Positions 41,297 through 52,029 of a stretch of DNA of 64,000 bases are shown here, one piece after another (position 1 is the stretch's first letter; every line of letters starts with the position of its first letter). Source of the DNA: Candidatus Heimdallarchaeota archaeon (GTDB lineage: Archaea; Asgardarchaeota; Heimdallarchaeia; Heimdallarchaeales; Heimdallarchaeaceae); the NCBI GenBank assembly GCA_018238545.1, contig JABCTC010000006.1:1-64000 (forward strand). The letters run 5' to 3'. The position numbers and the translations under genes are program-made. Below the pieces are notes generated by a model that saw only the letters and a program-made list of their open reading frames with translations, searched no databases and was not told the origin of the DNA.

Positions 41297-41920
41297 TTAG
41301 AACCGAATTAGATTCGAAAAGAAATTTTGTACCACTAATACAATTGCTATGTGAAGAATAAAGACAATTACAACTTTAAAGATTATGCGCTTTTCATTAC
41401 TCATTTTCAATAAGTAGTAGTTATTTAAACAATTGATTACTAAAAAGGAAAATGACAAAAATGACCATATAGTAAACGAAAAAGAGAACGAGAAATCCCC
41501 GGTGCTAATTAAGGAATAAAAATTGGAAAATAAAGGAGAGAACCCTGCTATCATAGCTATTGTAATTAGAGTAACATAACGTATTATCCGCATCCTTCTT
41601 ATATGTACCTTTAATAAATCATCTCTCTCTTCAAGCGCTTCTTCTCGCATTTTAATGAGTTCTGCAGTTGATTTAAACCGTTCTATCATTTCTTGAGTAT
41701 CAGCTTGTAATGCTGATGCAAATAGATTAGCAATCTCGGAATAATCTAATTTAAGTGATGAGAAAATATCGGTGATTTCCTCTCCAAGCTGAATCCTTAG
41801 AAGTAATTCTTTAGGAAAATCTTGTATGGAGAACATAGCTCTCTCAAGATTTTCTCCTTTTTCCATTTGGTTTGCTATTTCGCGGAGTAAAATATGATCT
41901 GAAAATGATAGTTTATACAT
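41297..41920 (-). CDS. Pilus platform membrane protein (TadC/T2SSF-like)
   Basis: LREIANQMEKGENLERA plus TMs; in operon with the secretion ATPase. Confidence 0.6.
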   Translation of the reverse strand: MYKLSFSDHILLREIANQMEKGENLERAMFSIQDFPKELLLRIQLGEEITDIFSSLKLDYSEIANLFASALQADTQEMIERFKSTAELIKMREEALEERDDLLKVHIRRMRIIRYVTLITIAMIAGFSPLFSNFYSLISTGDFSFSFSFTIWSFLSFSFLVINCLNNYYLLKMSNEKRIIFKVVIVFILHIAIVLVVQNFFSNLIRF

Positions 41921-42722
41921 TCTCTCCTCCCATGCTTTTGTTCTGAATTAACCTAAGTGTTACAGTTCCAAAAACTGCGTAAAGTAATGGAAAAAGCAGC
42001 AATGTTGGTGAAGTTGGTGCTACTATAAGTGATAAAACTAAACTAAGAACCAAAGGTAATAGACACGAGATTGCAACAAAGATGACCATATTATCTTCAA
42101 TTAACTTGATTTCTCTTTTTAATTTGGTCAAGAAATCAGGATCGGTTTCTATGAAAGAATCTGGGTTTTTTAGGCTTTGAAAAGCATATTTGTGCTTTCT
42201 GTTCTGAAACATTTTTGAATTTTCGTCAATTGTTTGATTTTCATCAGCCCCAATGTTCAGATTGAAGATCATATCTTCAAAGTGTTTTTTGTAGAAATTA
42301 TCAGTTGTCCCTTTTTTTAGAAGTAATTCGATGGAGCGAGGTAAAGATTGTGTTGATTTCATACTGATTGAGAGAGAATTTATAATTAGAAAGGCTACCT
42401 CGTCAAACAATCTGTGCTTTTTTATTATGCTTGACCTAACATAATCACTAAAAATAAAGAAGAGAGCAAGTGAAATTACAATTGAAACAATCAGTGTAAA
42501 AACCAAGTTTAACTGAATTAGGAAGTAACAGAGTAGCATCGAAATAAAGAAACTAAAAATTGCAAGATTGCATAACACCACTAGTTTTACCAAATCGTTT
42601 TCTGATATGAAATCTTCTGAGTGTTTTTTTATTTTGCCTAATGTGATCTTATAAAGAAATTCTTTTGGTATCATGCTAAATTGCATTGTCCTTTGTATCA
42701 ACGAAAAATACCTCGACCCCAC
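41913..42722 (-). CDS. Pilus platform membrane protein (TadB/T2SSF-like)
   Basis: TM-soluble-TM layout directly downstream of the ATPase. Confidence 0.6.
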   Translation of the reverse strand: MGSRYFSLIQRTMQFSMIPKEFLYKITLGKIKKHSEDFISENDLVKLVVLCNLAIFSFFISMLLCYFLIQLNLVFTLIVSIVISLALFFIFSDYVRSSIIKKHRLFDEVAFLIINSLSISMKSTQSLPRSIELLLKKGTTDNFYKKHFEDMIFNLNIGADENQTIDENSKMFQNRKHKYAFQSLKNPDSFIETDPDFLTKLKREIKLIEDNMVIFVAISCLLPLVLSLVLSLIVAPTSPTLLLFPLLYAVFGTVTLRLIQNKSMGGENV

Positions 42723-44099
42723 TTACCTCACCGTTAACAGTTGCTCTTTTATCTTCTCAACATGATGTTGAAAACTTATGTCTCTTTTAATGATTGAATC
42801 AATTTTCTCTTTAATGAACGATTCTTCTTTTATTGTATCTATTGTTCTTTTCTTATCCCAAGAAGAGTCGTAAACTTTTGTTAAAAACCCATATTTTTTA
42901 TCTATTTGTAGATTATTTGCATTGACCTCATAGATTTCAGCGATAGTTCTAATAAAACTAGTTTTCAGTATTTCGCGTTTCATGATTATAATCGTTTCTA
43001 GAGATAGGAAGTCTGTAACTGAAATTTTGTGCAAATTCTCCCATCTTCTTAATATTTTTTCAACAGAGTCGGCATGAGCTGTCTGTATGCCTTTTAAACC
43101 AGCATTTAATGCTTCAAACATGGCTTTTGTGTGCTCACTCGATTGGATCTCTCCTAAATATATCCAATCAGGAGATCGATGAAGAAGTTTCAAAATTTCC
43201 GATGTTTTAGTGTATAAAGATCTATTAGATTCAAAAGAATCTACTTGTATTGATAATTGTTTATAACCTAACTCTGTTTGATTTATTGATTCAATAGCAT
43301 CCTCTATTGCAATTTTTCTCCAGTGCTTTGGTGTATACAGGTCTATGGCATTTGCCAATGTTGTTTTCCCTGAGTTTGGTTCTCCAATGACTGTGATATT
43401 TCTTCTTTTCTCTACGACTTCAACTAAGTAAGCTGCTATGAATGAAGGTAAGGTTTTCAGTTTTATTAAGTCAACTATTTTTAAAGGGTTCCTATGAAAT
43501 TTTCTGATATTGAATGTGGGACCGTTTGGAGATAATGGGGGGAAATCCATTGAAATTCTCATATGAAAATCATTAGTTTTAAACTCAATTTTGAGAGATG
43601 GTTTCTTTGTTGTAATGGTAATGGGGTGCTCTAATTTCAGTCTGTTTAGTAGACTTCTTATTTCTTCTTCTTCTAAAACTATCCCTGTATTGCACCTGCC
43701 GAATATCCTGTGATCAACATATATTGGAGCATTCATTTGATCCAGATATATCTCATTTACTCCATCATCCAAAAATAGTGGGATAATCCTATCTAGCTTT
43801 ATTAATTTGTGGATAAACAATTCCGCAAATAAATCGGGTTCTGTTGGCAAATTATCAATTTCTAATACTTTCCACATAAATATTGATTTTAATACACTAA
43901 TTAATTCATCAAACTTTAGTATTTTTTTCCCTAATCTTTCCTTGTTTTTGAAAACTATTGACGATAATTCTGTGAATAATAGTGGGTCCTGATCAAAATT
44001 ATACTCGGGTTTTGCACTGTAGACCAGGTAATTGCCATCGGTTGTAATTCTAATTTTGTATCCTTTGACTTTGTATTCACTTATTCCATTCTTTTCCAA
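42723..44099 (-). CDS. Type II/IV secretion ATPase (TadA/CpaF/FlaI family)
   Basis: GPTFNIRKF, GEPNSGKTT, IED, LHRSPDWIYLGEI, QTAHA. Confidence 0.9.
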   Translation of the reverse strand: MEKNGISEYKVKGYKIRITTDGNYLVYSAKPEYNFDQDPLLFTELSSIVFKNKERLGKKILKFDELISVLKSIFMWKVLEIDNLPTEPDLFAELFIHKLIKLDRIIPLFLDDGVNEIYLDQMNAPIYVDHRIFGRCNTGIVLEEEEIRSLLNRLKLEHPITITTKKPSLKIEFKTNDFHMRISMDFPPLSPNGPTFNIRKFHRNPLKIVDLIKLKTLPSFIAAYLVEVVEKRRNITVIGEPNSGKTTLANAIDLYTPKHWRKIAIEDAIESINQTELGYKQLSIQVDSFESNRSLYTKTSEILKLLHRSPDWIYLGEIQSSEHTKAMFEALNAGLKGIQTAHADSVEKILRRWENLHKISVTDFLSLETIIIMKREILKTSFIRTIAEIYEVNANNLQIDKKYGFLTKVYDSSWDKKRTIDTIKEESFIKEKIDSIIKRDISFQHHVEKIKEQLLTVR

Positions 44100-44289
44100 T
44101 TAGAAATCTCCCTTTCAGTTTTCACACTATCTTAATTACTAATTAGTATATCAACACCACTTTTTTGAATAAATCAGCAATTACAAGATGAACTGCAGCT
44201 AAGTTTAGAAAAGCTAATTCATCAATAATTTCGACACATATATGTAATAACTTTAAATAGAAAAAACTTGCAGTTGATGATGTGAGAAA

Positions 44290-45261
44290 ATGGCCAATAA
44301 ATACGATGTAATGTGGACAGAAAAATATAGACCAAAAACTCTTGACGATTTGAAGGGCCACGAAGATATTATAGTACGTCTAAAAGGATTTATAAAAAGA
44401 AGGAATCTTCCTCATTTGTTATTTGCTGGACCTCCCGGCACAGGTAAAACAACAGCTCTTTTAGCCCTTGCCAATGATTTGTATGGTCACACAAATGTTT
44501 CTCGTAACTTTCTAGAAATGAATGCTTCGGACGATCGTGGAATTGATACAATACGAACTAAAGTAAAAGAATTTGCCCGTACAGCTTCTTATGGAAACAC
44601 CCCATTTAAGATAATATGTTTAGATGAAGCAGATAACTTGACTTCTGCAGCTCAGCATGCTTTAAGGAGAACAATGGAAAGATATGTAAAAACAAGTAGA
44701 TTCGCATTAATTTGTAACTATTCAAGTAAAATAATAGAACCTATTCAATCGAGATGTGCAATATTTAGATTTAAACCACTTGATGAAGATAGTATTCGAG
44801 AATTTCTCAAATACATATGTGATAATGAAAAACTAGTATATGATAAAGAAGGGTTGGATACAGTTCTTTACATATCGGAAGGAGATTTAAGAAAAGCTGT
44901 TAACATCTTACAATCTACTGCAGCCGCAGGCAAATCAGTGGAACGAGTAACTGTATTACAAACTGTAGGACATGCGGATCCTGAAAGGATTAAGGAGATG
45001 CTTAATCTTGCATTAGACAAAAAATTTGAAAAATCTAGAGCGGTTTTGCAGAACCTTATTCTACAATATGGGTTATCTGGAACAGATGTAACACACCAAA
45101 TTTATAGAGAAATATCTTCTCTCTCTATTCCTGATAGCAAAAAGTTGGAGATTACCGAATTTTTAGCTGAAATTGATTTTCGTATTTCAGAAGGTGCTTC
45201 TAGTAATATCCAACTGACTTCTTTCTTAGCAAAATTAGTAAAAGAAGCTGATAAAGAATAG
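44290..45261 (+). CDS. rfcS: Replication factor C small subunit
   Basis: WTEKYRP, GPPGTGKT, NASDDRG, DEAD, SRC. Confidence 0.97.
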   Translation: MANKYDVMWTEKYRPKTLDDLKGHEDIIVRLKGFIKRRNLPHLLFAGPPGTGKTTALLALANDLYGHTNVSRNFLEMNASDDRGIDTIRTKVKEFARTASYGNTPFKIICLDEADNLTSAAQHALRRTMERYVKTSRFALICNYSSKIIEPIQSRCAIFRFKPLDEDSIREFLKYICDNEKLVYDKEGLDTVLYISEGDLRKAVNILQSTAAAGKSVERVTVLQTVGHADPERIKEMLNLALDKKFEKSRAVLQNLILQYGLSGTDVTHQIYREISSLSIPDSKKLEITEFLAEIDFRISEGASSNIQLTSFLAKLVKEADKE

Positions 45262-45279
45262 TAGAAATTAACTGCGTTC

Positions 45280-46122
45280 CTATATATTTAAATCTTTGAT
45301 ATATTCCAAAATCAGTCTTTTTTGTACCTCTTCTTGTTTTATTTTTCTTAAAATACCACTGATTTTGTCTCTAATGATTTTTAATGCTTTACCATTAACA
45401 ATCCATTTTACATCTTCATAATACTGTTTTACCAAGATTAGATTATTGGGGTCTGCAGGTTGTATGTTTAAGCTATCAATATCTGTTCTCGTACGAAGGA
45501 GTGCTTTTGTATTTTTTAATTCAACAGATAATTTACTATAATTCATGATATATCCTACGATTCTTCTAACTTGTTCCCATAGAAAGGATTGTGCAACAAA
45601 TTCAAATAGAATATAACCTTGTTCTTCCATAATATTGATTTGTTCGATTTCCCTAATCGTATTGCGTTGATCATTCTTACAGAAGAGCCTATAATCGTTC
45701 TTTCCTTCAAAAAGTGAACAAATCTTCTGCATTTTACTTATCTCTTTTTCTATTTCGTCTTCTAAGTTCCCTTTTTCTGCTAAATACCAATATTTTTTCT
45801 TCAAACTGTGTTTAGGGGAAAAGTCTTCTTTGACTTTGGTATGAGACCAACATACAATCGAATTATCTTTAGGAAGTTGTGCATTTATTTGCTCTAAAAT
45901 TATCTCCTTTTCTGAATTGAAACCAATTACATTGCCTATAGCGTTTACATTTTTATCCGTTCTACTTGCACTAATAAACCAATTATTTTGTGCTGATATG
46001 ATGTGATTTGTTTCTATGAGTGCTTGTAGTAACGTTTCTTCAACCGTGGATATATTTGGCTGCCTTTGATAACCAAAGTAATTTTTACCTTCATAATAAA
46101 CTTGTACTATGTACCGTATCAT
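45280..46122 (-). CDS. truA: tRNA pseudouridine(38-40) synthase
   Basis: YEGKNYFGYQRQP, SRTDKNVNA, FLWEQVRRIVG. Confidence 0.92.
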   Translation of the reverse strand: MIRYIVQVYYEGKNYFGYQRQPNISTVEETLLQALIETNHIISAQNNWFISASRTDKNVNAIGNVIGFNSEKEIILEQINAQLPKDNSIVCWSHTKVKEDFSPKHSLKKKYWYLAEKGNLEDEIEKEISKMQKICSLFEGKNDYRLFCKNDQRNTIREIEQINIMEEQGYILFEFVAQSFLWEQVRRIVGYIMNYSKLSVELKNTKALLRTRTDIDSLNIQPADPNNLILVKQYYEDVKWIVNGKALKIIRDKISGILRKIKQEEVQKRLILEYIKDLNI

Positions 46123-46209
46123 CTTCTACTTTTTATTCTCTATATGATTAAAAATATAATGTAACACAAAGAAAAAAATTAAAAACCCAACCCCTCTCAT
46201 TATCTTACT

Positions 46210-46287
46210 GCCTCGATGGTGTAGCTCGGCCAATCATTGCGGACTCTCACTCCGCAGACCCGGGTTCAAATCCCGGTCGAGGCACCA
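46210..46287 (+). tRNA. tRNA-Glu(CTC), CCA encoded
   Basis: Anticodon arm GCGGA-CTCTCAC-TCCGC; T-loop GGTTCAAATCC. Confidence 0.93.
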
Positions 46288-46310
46288 CTATTTCTTTTAT
46301 AATTACTTTT

Positions 46311-46613
46311 TTATTGCTTTTCTTCCCATACTGCAAACAGTTGCTTCAAAGATGATGCGAGGATATTTTCACTATCATATTGATATATCAAAATCCGTCC
46401 AAATTTCTTTTCTCTGATAAGTCCAGCTTTACATAAAAATTTCAAGTGCCCTTTTACCGACGAATGATTAAGATTTATGTTTCTTGAGATTGCAGATACG
46501 TTTAATTCGTCTAGTTCTGCTAGTAGTTTTAGGATTCTAACTCTACCTCTTGATGACAGAACATCTTCAACAGCGAGTCTTTGTGTATCTTTTATTTTGC
46601 CAATATTTGTCAT
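46311..46613 (-). CDS. ArsR-like winged-HTH regulator
   Basis: RVRILKLL..LNVSAISR..HLKFLCKAGLI; downstream of cdc6. Confidence 0.8.
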   Translation of the reverse strand: MTNIGKIKDTQRLAVEDVLSSRGRVRILKLLAELDELNVSAISRNINLNHSSVKGHLKFLCKAGLIREKKFGRILIYQYDSENILASSLKQLFAVWEEKQ

Positions 46614-46625
46614 TTTTTTCCCCTT

Positions 46626-47864
46626 TTATCGGTGTTCTATTGTTTTCTTTTGATTTTCAATGGTTTTAACCAAGAACTCTTCAATAGCTTCAACGGAAAT
46701 ATCTGGAATGCTTATTAATGTGGTTTTACCTCGCATTCCCTCACCTGAAATTTTTGTACTTATGATGTCCTGCTTTGATAGCTCTTTCAAATATGTCCAG
46801 ATTTGTGTATGTTTTCGTGGATCTTCGTTGTATTCCTCACATAGTAGTTTGTATGAACTAATCGCATCATTTGTTGAAATATATGCATTTTTTGTATGTT
46901 TTAGTTTTCGTATTGTTGCTAACAAAACTAGTTTTTGGTGTAATGTTAGAGTAAGAATAACTTCTCTCCTGATTTCTGGATGAATTAATCCCTTGGCTTT
47001 TCTTACATGATCTGGATAGATAATTGGAGAATTTTCATCATCTGCACATTGACCCGCACCCCATAACAATTCTATTGCATAACGAGCATCTCCTAATTTA
47101 CTCGCAATGTCAGCAATCAATTCTGTAGCATCTTCTGTTATTACCCCATCATAAAATGCTAATTCAGATCGAGATTTTATTATGTCCCGTAGATTTGTTT
47201 CGGAATATCTATCTAATGATATGTGACTTGTTTGAAAACTACTTTGTGTGCTTGCATCAAGACTATGGATGAAGTTTAGATTTCTAGCAATAAAAATGTA
47301 AGATATCCATTGTTTTGTTGTCATTTCGCTTATTCTTAATAAAGTATAGAGAAAATCTGTTCCTGCACGTGAGATAAGATAATCAACTTCATCCAAAATC
47401 AGCAATATTTTTTGTGAATAGAAGTCCAATAAACGAATCAAGAGGTCTTGTAGTTCCTCAAAAGAATATCCTCGTGGTGGAATTGCCTTATTCAACTGGC
47501 GCGCTAATGTGCTAATGATGAGATAAGGACTTTTATAAATTCGGCAATTGATGTAAACTAAACGGAAATTTTTCTGTTTATCAATATTTTCTAGTAATTG
47601 ACCAAACCGTTTAGCTAAAGTAGTTTTACCAGAACCTGTTGGTCCTGTTATACTTATTTTTCTTAAAGGTTCATCCCTTTCTTCAAAAATTGTTTTGAAA
47701 TATTTTGCTAAAGTTCTGAGTTCCTCCTCCCTGTGTGGTAGGTGTGGTGGGATATATGTGACGGATAAACAACTTATGTTCTTAAATACAGTAGGTTTTT
47801 TCAGTAAGGAATTAAAAAATTCCTCGTCAGATGTAGGCATCATTCTCTCTCTGATTGTACCCAA
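46626..47864 (-). CDS. cdc6: Orc1/Cdc6 replication initiator
   Basis: YIPPHLPHREEE, GPTGSGKT, LDEVD, GDARYAIELL, C-terminal winged helix. Confidence 0.95.
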   Translation of the reverse strand: MGTIRERMMPTSDEEFFNSLLKKPTVFKNISCLSVTYIPPHLPHREEELRTLAKYFKTIFEERDEPLRKISITGPTGSGKTTLAKRFGQLLENIDKQKNFRLVYINCRIYKSPYLIISTLARQLNKAIPPRGYSFEELQDLLIRLLDFYSQKILLILDEVDYLISRAGTDFLYTLLRISEMTTKQWISYIFIARNLNFIHSLDASTQSSFQTSHISLDRYSETNLRDIIKSRSELAFYDGVITEDATELIADIASKLGDARYAIELLWGAGQCADDENSPIIYPDHVRKAKGLIHPEIRREVILTLTLHQKLVLLATIRKLKHTKNAYISTNDAISSYKLLCEEYNEDPRKHTQIWTYLKELSKQDIISTKISGEGMRGKTTLISIPDISVEAIEEFLVKTIENQKKTIEHR

Positions 47865-48097
47865 GGGAAATTACTATTTATATTTAGCAGACAGACATCT
47901 CTGAAAGTGATAATCAAAAGCAACTCTAACACTTGTCTAGAACCAAGTTTCCTTGTTCCTAGTTACAATTTTCAGATTTGATAAAAACAAAGCTTGAATT
48001 GTAAGTATTCATTTTAGAATGTATATTCTCAGTTGTGTTATATTGAACATGTGCCGATAAAGTTAAAAATCAACGTTATCGGTTTTATTCACAACAT

Positions 48098-48182
48098 GTG
48101 GAGATTGCCGAGTGGTCAAAGGCGCTAGAATGAGGATCTAGTCCTTAGTGGTCCGGGAGTTCGAATCTCCCTCTCCGCACCA
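48098..48182 (+). tRNA. tRNA-Leu(GAG), CCA encoded
   Basis: Anticodon arm CTAGA-ATGAGGA-TCTAG; long variable arm. Confidence 0.9.
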
Positions 48183-48232
48183 TCTAAAAAATATTTTTTT
48201 GTTATCTCCATTATCTGATTACAAGTTCTTTT

Positions 48233-48418
48233 TTAGCTGAACAAGTCATCTATAGAGGTAGTAGACCAATCAATTAGATTTAAAATCACACCAAAAATGA
48301 TGGCGAAAATGAAGACAGCTATACCGATGAGTAAAATTTCCTCAAGTATTGGGGATCCTCTCTTTTTACTAAATCTGAAACTTTTGAATAATTGAAATAT
48401 CATCCTCATAATTCTCAA
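48233..48418 (-). CDS. Small type IV pilin-like protein (class III signal peptide)
   Basis: KKRG/SPILEE followed by a hydrophobic helix. Confidence 0.7.
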   Translation of the reverse strand: MRIMRMIFQLFKSFRFSKKRGSPILEEILLIGIAVFIFAIIFGVILNLIDWSTTSIDDLFS

Positions 48419-48667
48419 TATTTAACTAAAGTTTGTTATTTAAACTCCACAAAACACACATTAAGCTTTCACTCTTCAGTAAAACACAGTTGTAAATATC
48501 CTCCATCCGCTATATTTTCTCGTTCATTTGTAAAATTGCTGTCATAATGATAAATTTGAGAATCATAATCATTCAGCAGAACATTATCTAAAATACTTGT
48601 GTATGGAAAACCTTTTTTATTATCATAAATCGGTGCGATATAGTATTAACCATTCCTAGGTGCCACT

Positions 48668-49501
48668 ATGGATATAGAGCTTGTTGAAATATTTCCAAAT
48701 TCAGTTAAATTCATCCTTTCGGATGTTTCATTAGCTTTCGCTAATGCTCTTAGACGTTTAGCTTTGGCTGAAGTTCCATCATTAGTAATTGAGGATGTTT
48801 ATGTATTACGAAACACTTCACCGCTTTTTGATGAATTTATTGCACATAGATTAGGGTTAACACCCTTAAAATATGATATTGATGAACTCGATTTGAATTT
48901 CAGAGACAAATGTGATTGTGGCGGAATTGGTTGCAATTTATGCACAGTAACTTTAATGCTCTCAAAAGAAACAGATGCTCAAACCACAACCGTTGTTTAC
49001 AGTGGTGATATTGTATCAGCCCAAGAAGGAGTAGAACCTGTAACATCAAAGATTCCAATCGTTAAATTAGGACCAAATCAAGCACTAGAATTGGAATGTA
49101 TGGCACAACTTGGAATAGGAAAAGAGCACGCTAAATGGCAACCAGTTTCTGCAATGGGATATCAAGAATTCCCAATACCAGAAATAAATAAGAGTAAATG
49201 TACTAACTGTCTTGCTTGTATAGATGCTTGTTACAGGGGAGTATATCAAAAAGTAGGGGACGAAGTTCAAGTGACCAATCCTTTAAGTTGCACCTTATGC
49301 AATTATTGTCTTGATTTTTGTGAACCTGGTGCCATTGAAATTGGAAACGACCCTTCCAAAATAATTTTTTCATTTGAAACAAATAGCGGTATTCCTCCTT
49401 CAAAAATACTTTCTAAAACAGGAGAAATACTTCTCACAAATATCGACGAATTCAAAAAGACATTAGAATCATCGTTATTAGAAAAAGAAGAAAAAGAATG
49501 A
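48668..49501 (+). CDS. rpoD: RNA polymerase subunit Rpo3 (D) with Fe-S domain
   Basis: ANALRR, DEFIAHRLGL, EHAKWQP, CTNCLAC and CTLCNYC. Confidence 0.96.
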   Translation: MDIELVEIFPNSVKFILSDVSLAFANALRRLALAEVPSLVIEDVYVLRNTSPLFDEFIAHRLGLTPLKYDIDELDLNFRDKCDCGGIGCNLCTVTLMLSKETDAQTTTVVYSGDIVSAQEGVEPVTSKIPIVKLGPNQALELECMAQLGIGKEHAKWQPVSAMGYQEFPIPEINKSKCTNCLACIDACYRGVYQKVGDEVQVTNPLSCTLCNYCLDFCEPGAIEIGNDPSKIIFSFETNSGIPPSKILSKTGEILLTNIDEFKKTLESSLLEKEEKE

Positions 49502-49512
49502 GGTGAGCTTAA

Positions 49513-49878
49513 ATGCCAAGAAGAACAGGACCAACAGATCCAAATATTATACAGTTAATTAACCAGCTTAAGAAGAAATCAGCTGAAACAAATGTTTCCA
49601 TTTGGAAAACAATTGCTGAAAGAATAGAGAAACCTAGAAGAAAAAGGGCCACTACTAATCTCAGTAAAATAAATAGATACTCAAAAGAAAATGATATTAT
49701 TATTGTTCCAGGTTCAGTTCTAAGTTCAGGGAAACTTGATCACCCTGTAACTATTGTGGCTCTTAAAACCACTGAACAAGCAAAGGAAAAAATACACGCA
49801 ACAAAAAGTAAATTCCTTACTATTCATGAACTATTAGAATCTAATCATGAAGTTGGTAAAATGAAAATAATAATCTAA
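49513..49878 (+). CDS. rpl18e: Ribosomal protein eL18
   Basis: NLSKINR, IVPGSVLSSG. Confidence 0.95.
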   Translation: MPRRTGPTDPNIIQLINQLKKKSAETNVSIWKTIAERIEKPRRKRATTNLSKINRYSKENDIIIVPGSVLSSGKLDHPVTIVALKTTEQAKEKIHATKSKFLTIHELLESNHEVGKMKIII

Positions 49879-49892
49879 TCAAGGTGAATTAA

Positions 49893-50363
49893 ATGGTAAA
49901 AACTGGAAAAAACGTTGTAACACAGTTAGTAACTCCCAAAATTATAATTGATGCAGATAATGCAATTTTAGGTCGTTTATGTTCTGAAGTTGCAAAATAT
50001 CTACTAGATGGTTATGCAGTAAATATTGTAAACTGTGAAAATGCTATAGTTTCTGGTAAAAAACACTCAATTTTAAATGAGTATAGAAACATGCACAAAA
50101 TTCACACTGCAACTAATCCCCGAAGAGGACCTTTCCATCCTAAACGACCTGATAGATTAGTACGACGCACTGTTAGAGGAATGCTACCTTGGAAAAAAAG
50201 CAAAGGTAGAAATGCGTATCATAGACTGTTAACATATATTGGAATTCCAGATGAGTTTTCTAATTTAGAAATTATTAAACCGAAGTATGCTGATGCAAAC
50301 AAACTGGACTGCAAAAAGACAACTGTTGGAAATCTATGTAAAGAGTTTGGCTGGCAAGAATAA
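49893..50363 (+). CDS. rpl13: Ribosomal protein uL13
   Basis: ILGRL, RRTVRGMLP. Confidence 0.96.
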   Translation: MVKTGKNVVTQLVTPKIIIDADNAILGRLCSEVAKYLLDGYAVNIVNCENAIVSGKKHSILNEYRNMHKIHTATNPRRGPFHPKRPDRLVRRTVRGMLPWKKSKGRNAYHRLLTYIGIPDEFSNLEIIKPKYADANKLDCKKTTVGNLCKEFGWQE

Positions 50364-50373
50364 GGTGATTAAT

Positions 50374-50778
50374 ATGGGTAAAGTTATTGTATCGTCTGGA
50401 AAGAGAAAAACAGCAATTGCACGTGCAACTATTAAAGAAGGAAAAGGAAGAGTTAGAATAAATGGTGTTCCATTAGAAGTTCTACCCAATGAGCTGAAAC
50501 GAGTAAAAATAAATGAAGTATTCGTACTTGCGGGTGGTGAAAGAAGAGATTCTGTGGATGTCAAAGTTAAAGTAAAGGGAGGCGGATTTATGGGACAAGC
50601 TGAAGCCGTTCGTACGGCTATTGCAAGAGGTTTAATCGAATTTTTTGATGACATGGTTTTAAAAGAAGTTTTTGTCGCTTATGATAAAACAATCATTTCT
50701 GGTGATCCAAGAAGAACTGAACCTAAACATTTTGGTGGGAAAAGTTCACGTTCCAGATTTCAAAAATCCTACCGATAA
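50374..50778 (+). CDS. rps9: Ribosomal protein uS9
   Basis: GKRKTAIARA, GGGFMGQA, QKSYR; true start likely ATG 50374 after GGTGA. Confidence 0.96.
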   Translation: MGKVIVSSGKRKTAIARATIKEGKGRVRINGVPLEVLPNELKRVKINEVFVLAGGERRDSVDVKVKVKGGGFMGQAEAVRTAIARGLIEFFDDMVLKEVFVAYDKTIISGDPRRTEPKHFGGKSSRSRFQKSYR

Positions 50779-50806
50779 CTTTTTCCCTTCCCTTATTTTA
50801 TTTTAA

Positions 50807-51853
50807 GTGAATAAAATGTTGACTGTTCTAGATTGTTCTATGGGTGAAGGGGGCGGATCAGTTGTTCGCATTTCTGTTGCATTGGCAGCAGCTGCTAGCT
50901 CTTCCTTAAAACTGATTAATATAAGATCTAATAGATCAAATCCTGGTTTAAGAGCTCAACACCTTGAAGCAATAAATGCTTTAAGACAACTGTCTGGTTT
51001 TGAAATTGCTGGTGCAGAGTTGGGGAGTAAGGAAGTATATATTCACCAATATGGAAAAAGAAGAAATGAGGCAGCTGTGCACATAAATACAGCTGGAAGT
51101 ATATCTCTCGTTGCTCAAGCAGTTCAATATTATGCATTGAATAGGGAGGTCGAAATAGGATTAAACATACAAGGTGGAGCTACTCATGGCAAATGGGCTC
51201 CTTCAATTGAATTCATCACAAATGTTACTTTTAAAATTCTTGAAAAAATGAACAAAGTAATCGATGTAAAGATAGATCGACACGGTTTTTTTCCAAAAGG
51301 TGGAGCGCAATCCTGTTTTATATTTCGCCCCCATGATAGGATATTACCCCTGAATTTAACGGAAAAAGGCATTTTAGAAGAAATACATATTTTTTCAACA
51401 GCTTCCTCTCATCTTGAGAAAAGGAAGGTGGCTGAAAGACAGCTAGATTCTTTTGTTAAATTAGCAAAATCAACAGTAAACGCTGTACATCACATAAATT
51501 ATGTGGATAGCATATCTCCTGGAAGTGGTTTAACAGTTGTGAATCAGTATTCAACGGGAACTTCAAAGGGATGTTTTGTTCAAGGAGAAAAATTATTAAC
51601 GGCAGAAACTGTTGGTAAAATGTGTTGGAGACAATGGAAAAGCTTAGAGCAAGACTCAGCAGCTGTTGATATTCATACAGCTGACCAACTTATCGTTCCC
51701 ATGGCCTTAGCCGAAGGAAATTCAACAATAACAACAGCTAGATTAACTAATCACACCAAAACAAACATAGAACTAATTCAAAAATTCACCCATGCAGTTT
51801 TTAAAGTAAATAAAGAAAATGGACATTATCTCATATCTGTTAAACAGCCCTAG
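50807..51853 (+). CDS. rtcA: RNA 3'-terminal phosphate cyclase
   Basis: GEGGG, NIRSNRSNPGLRAQH, GFFPKGG, DIHTADQL. Confidence 0.93.
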   Translation: MNKMLTVLDCSMGEGGGSVVRISVALAAAASSSLKLINIRSNRSNPGLRAQHLEAINALRQLSGFEIAGAELGSKEVYIHQYGKRRNEAAVHINTAGSISLVAQAVQYYALNREVEIGLNIQGGATHGKWAPSIEFITNVTFKILEKMNKVIDVKIDRHGFFPKGGAQSCFIFRPHDRILPLNLTEKGILEEIHIFSTASSHLEKRKVAERQLDSFVKLAKSTVNAVHHINYVDSISPGSGLTVVNQYSTGTSKGCFVQGEKLLTAETVGKMCWRQWKSLEQDSAAVDIHTADQLIVPMALAEGNSTITTARLTNHTKTNIELIQKFTHAVFKVNKENGHYLISVKQP

Positions 51854-52029
51854 ACTAGCTGATTATTCATTTCTCGCTATTTCTTTCTTAACGACATATT
51901 TATATGATGCTATACAAGTCGGAGTACGACATAAGAGTATAATTTCTATAAAAATTTACTCTATTGAATACGTTTAGTAATATAAACTAATCAAAGAAAT
52001 ATAAATGAAACATTAAGGACGTTGAAAAT

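Noticed and set aside
47870-48090. Replication origin next to cdc6
   Set aside because: No convincing repeated ORB motif or G-string; proximity alone is insufficient.
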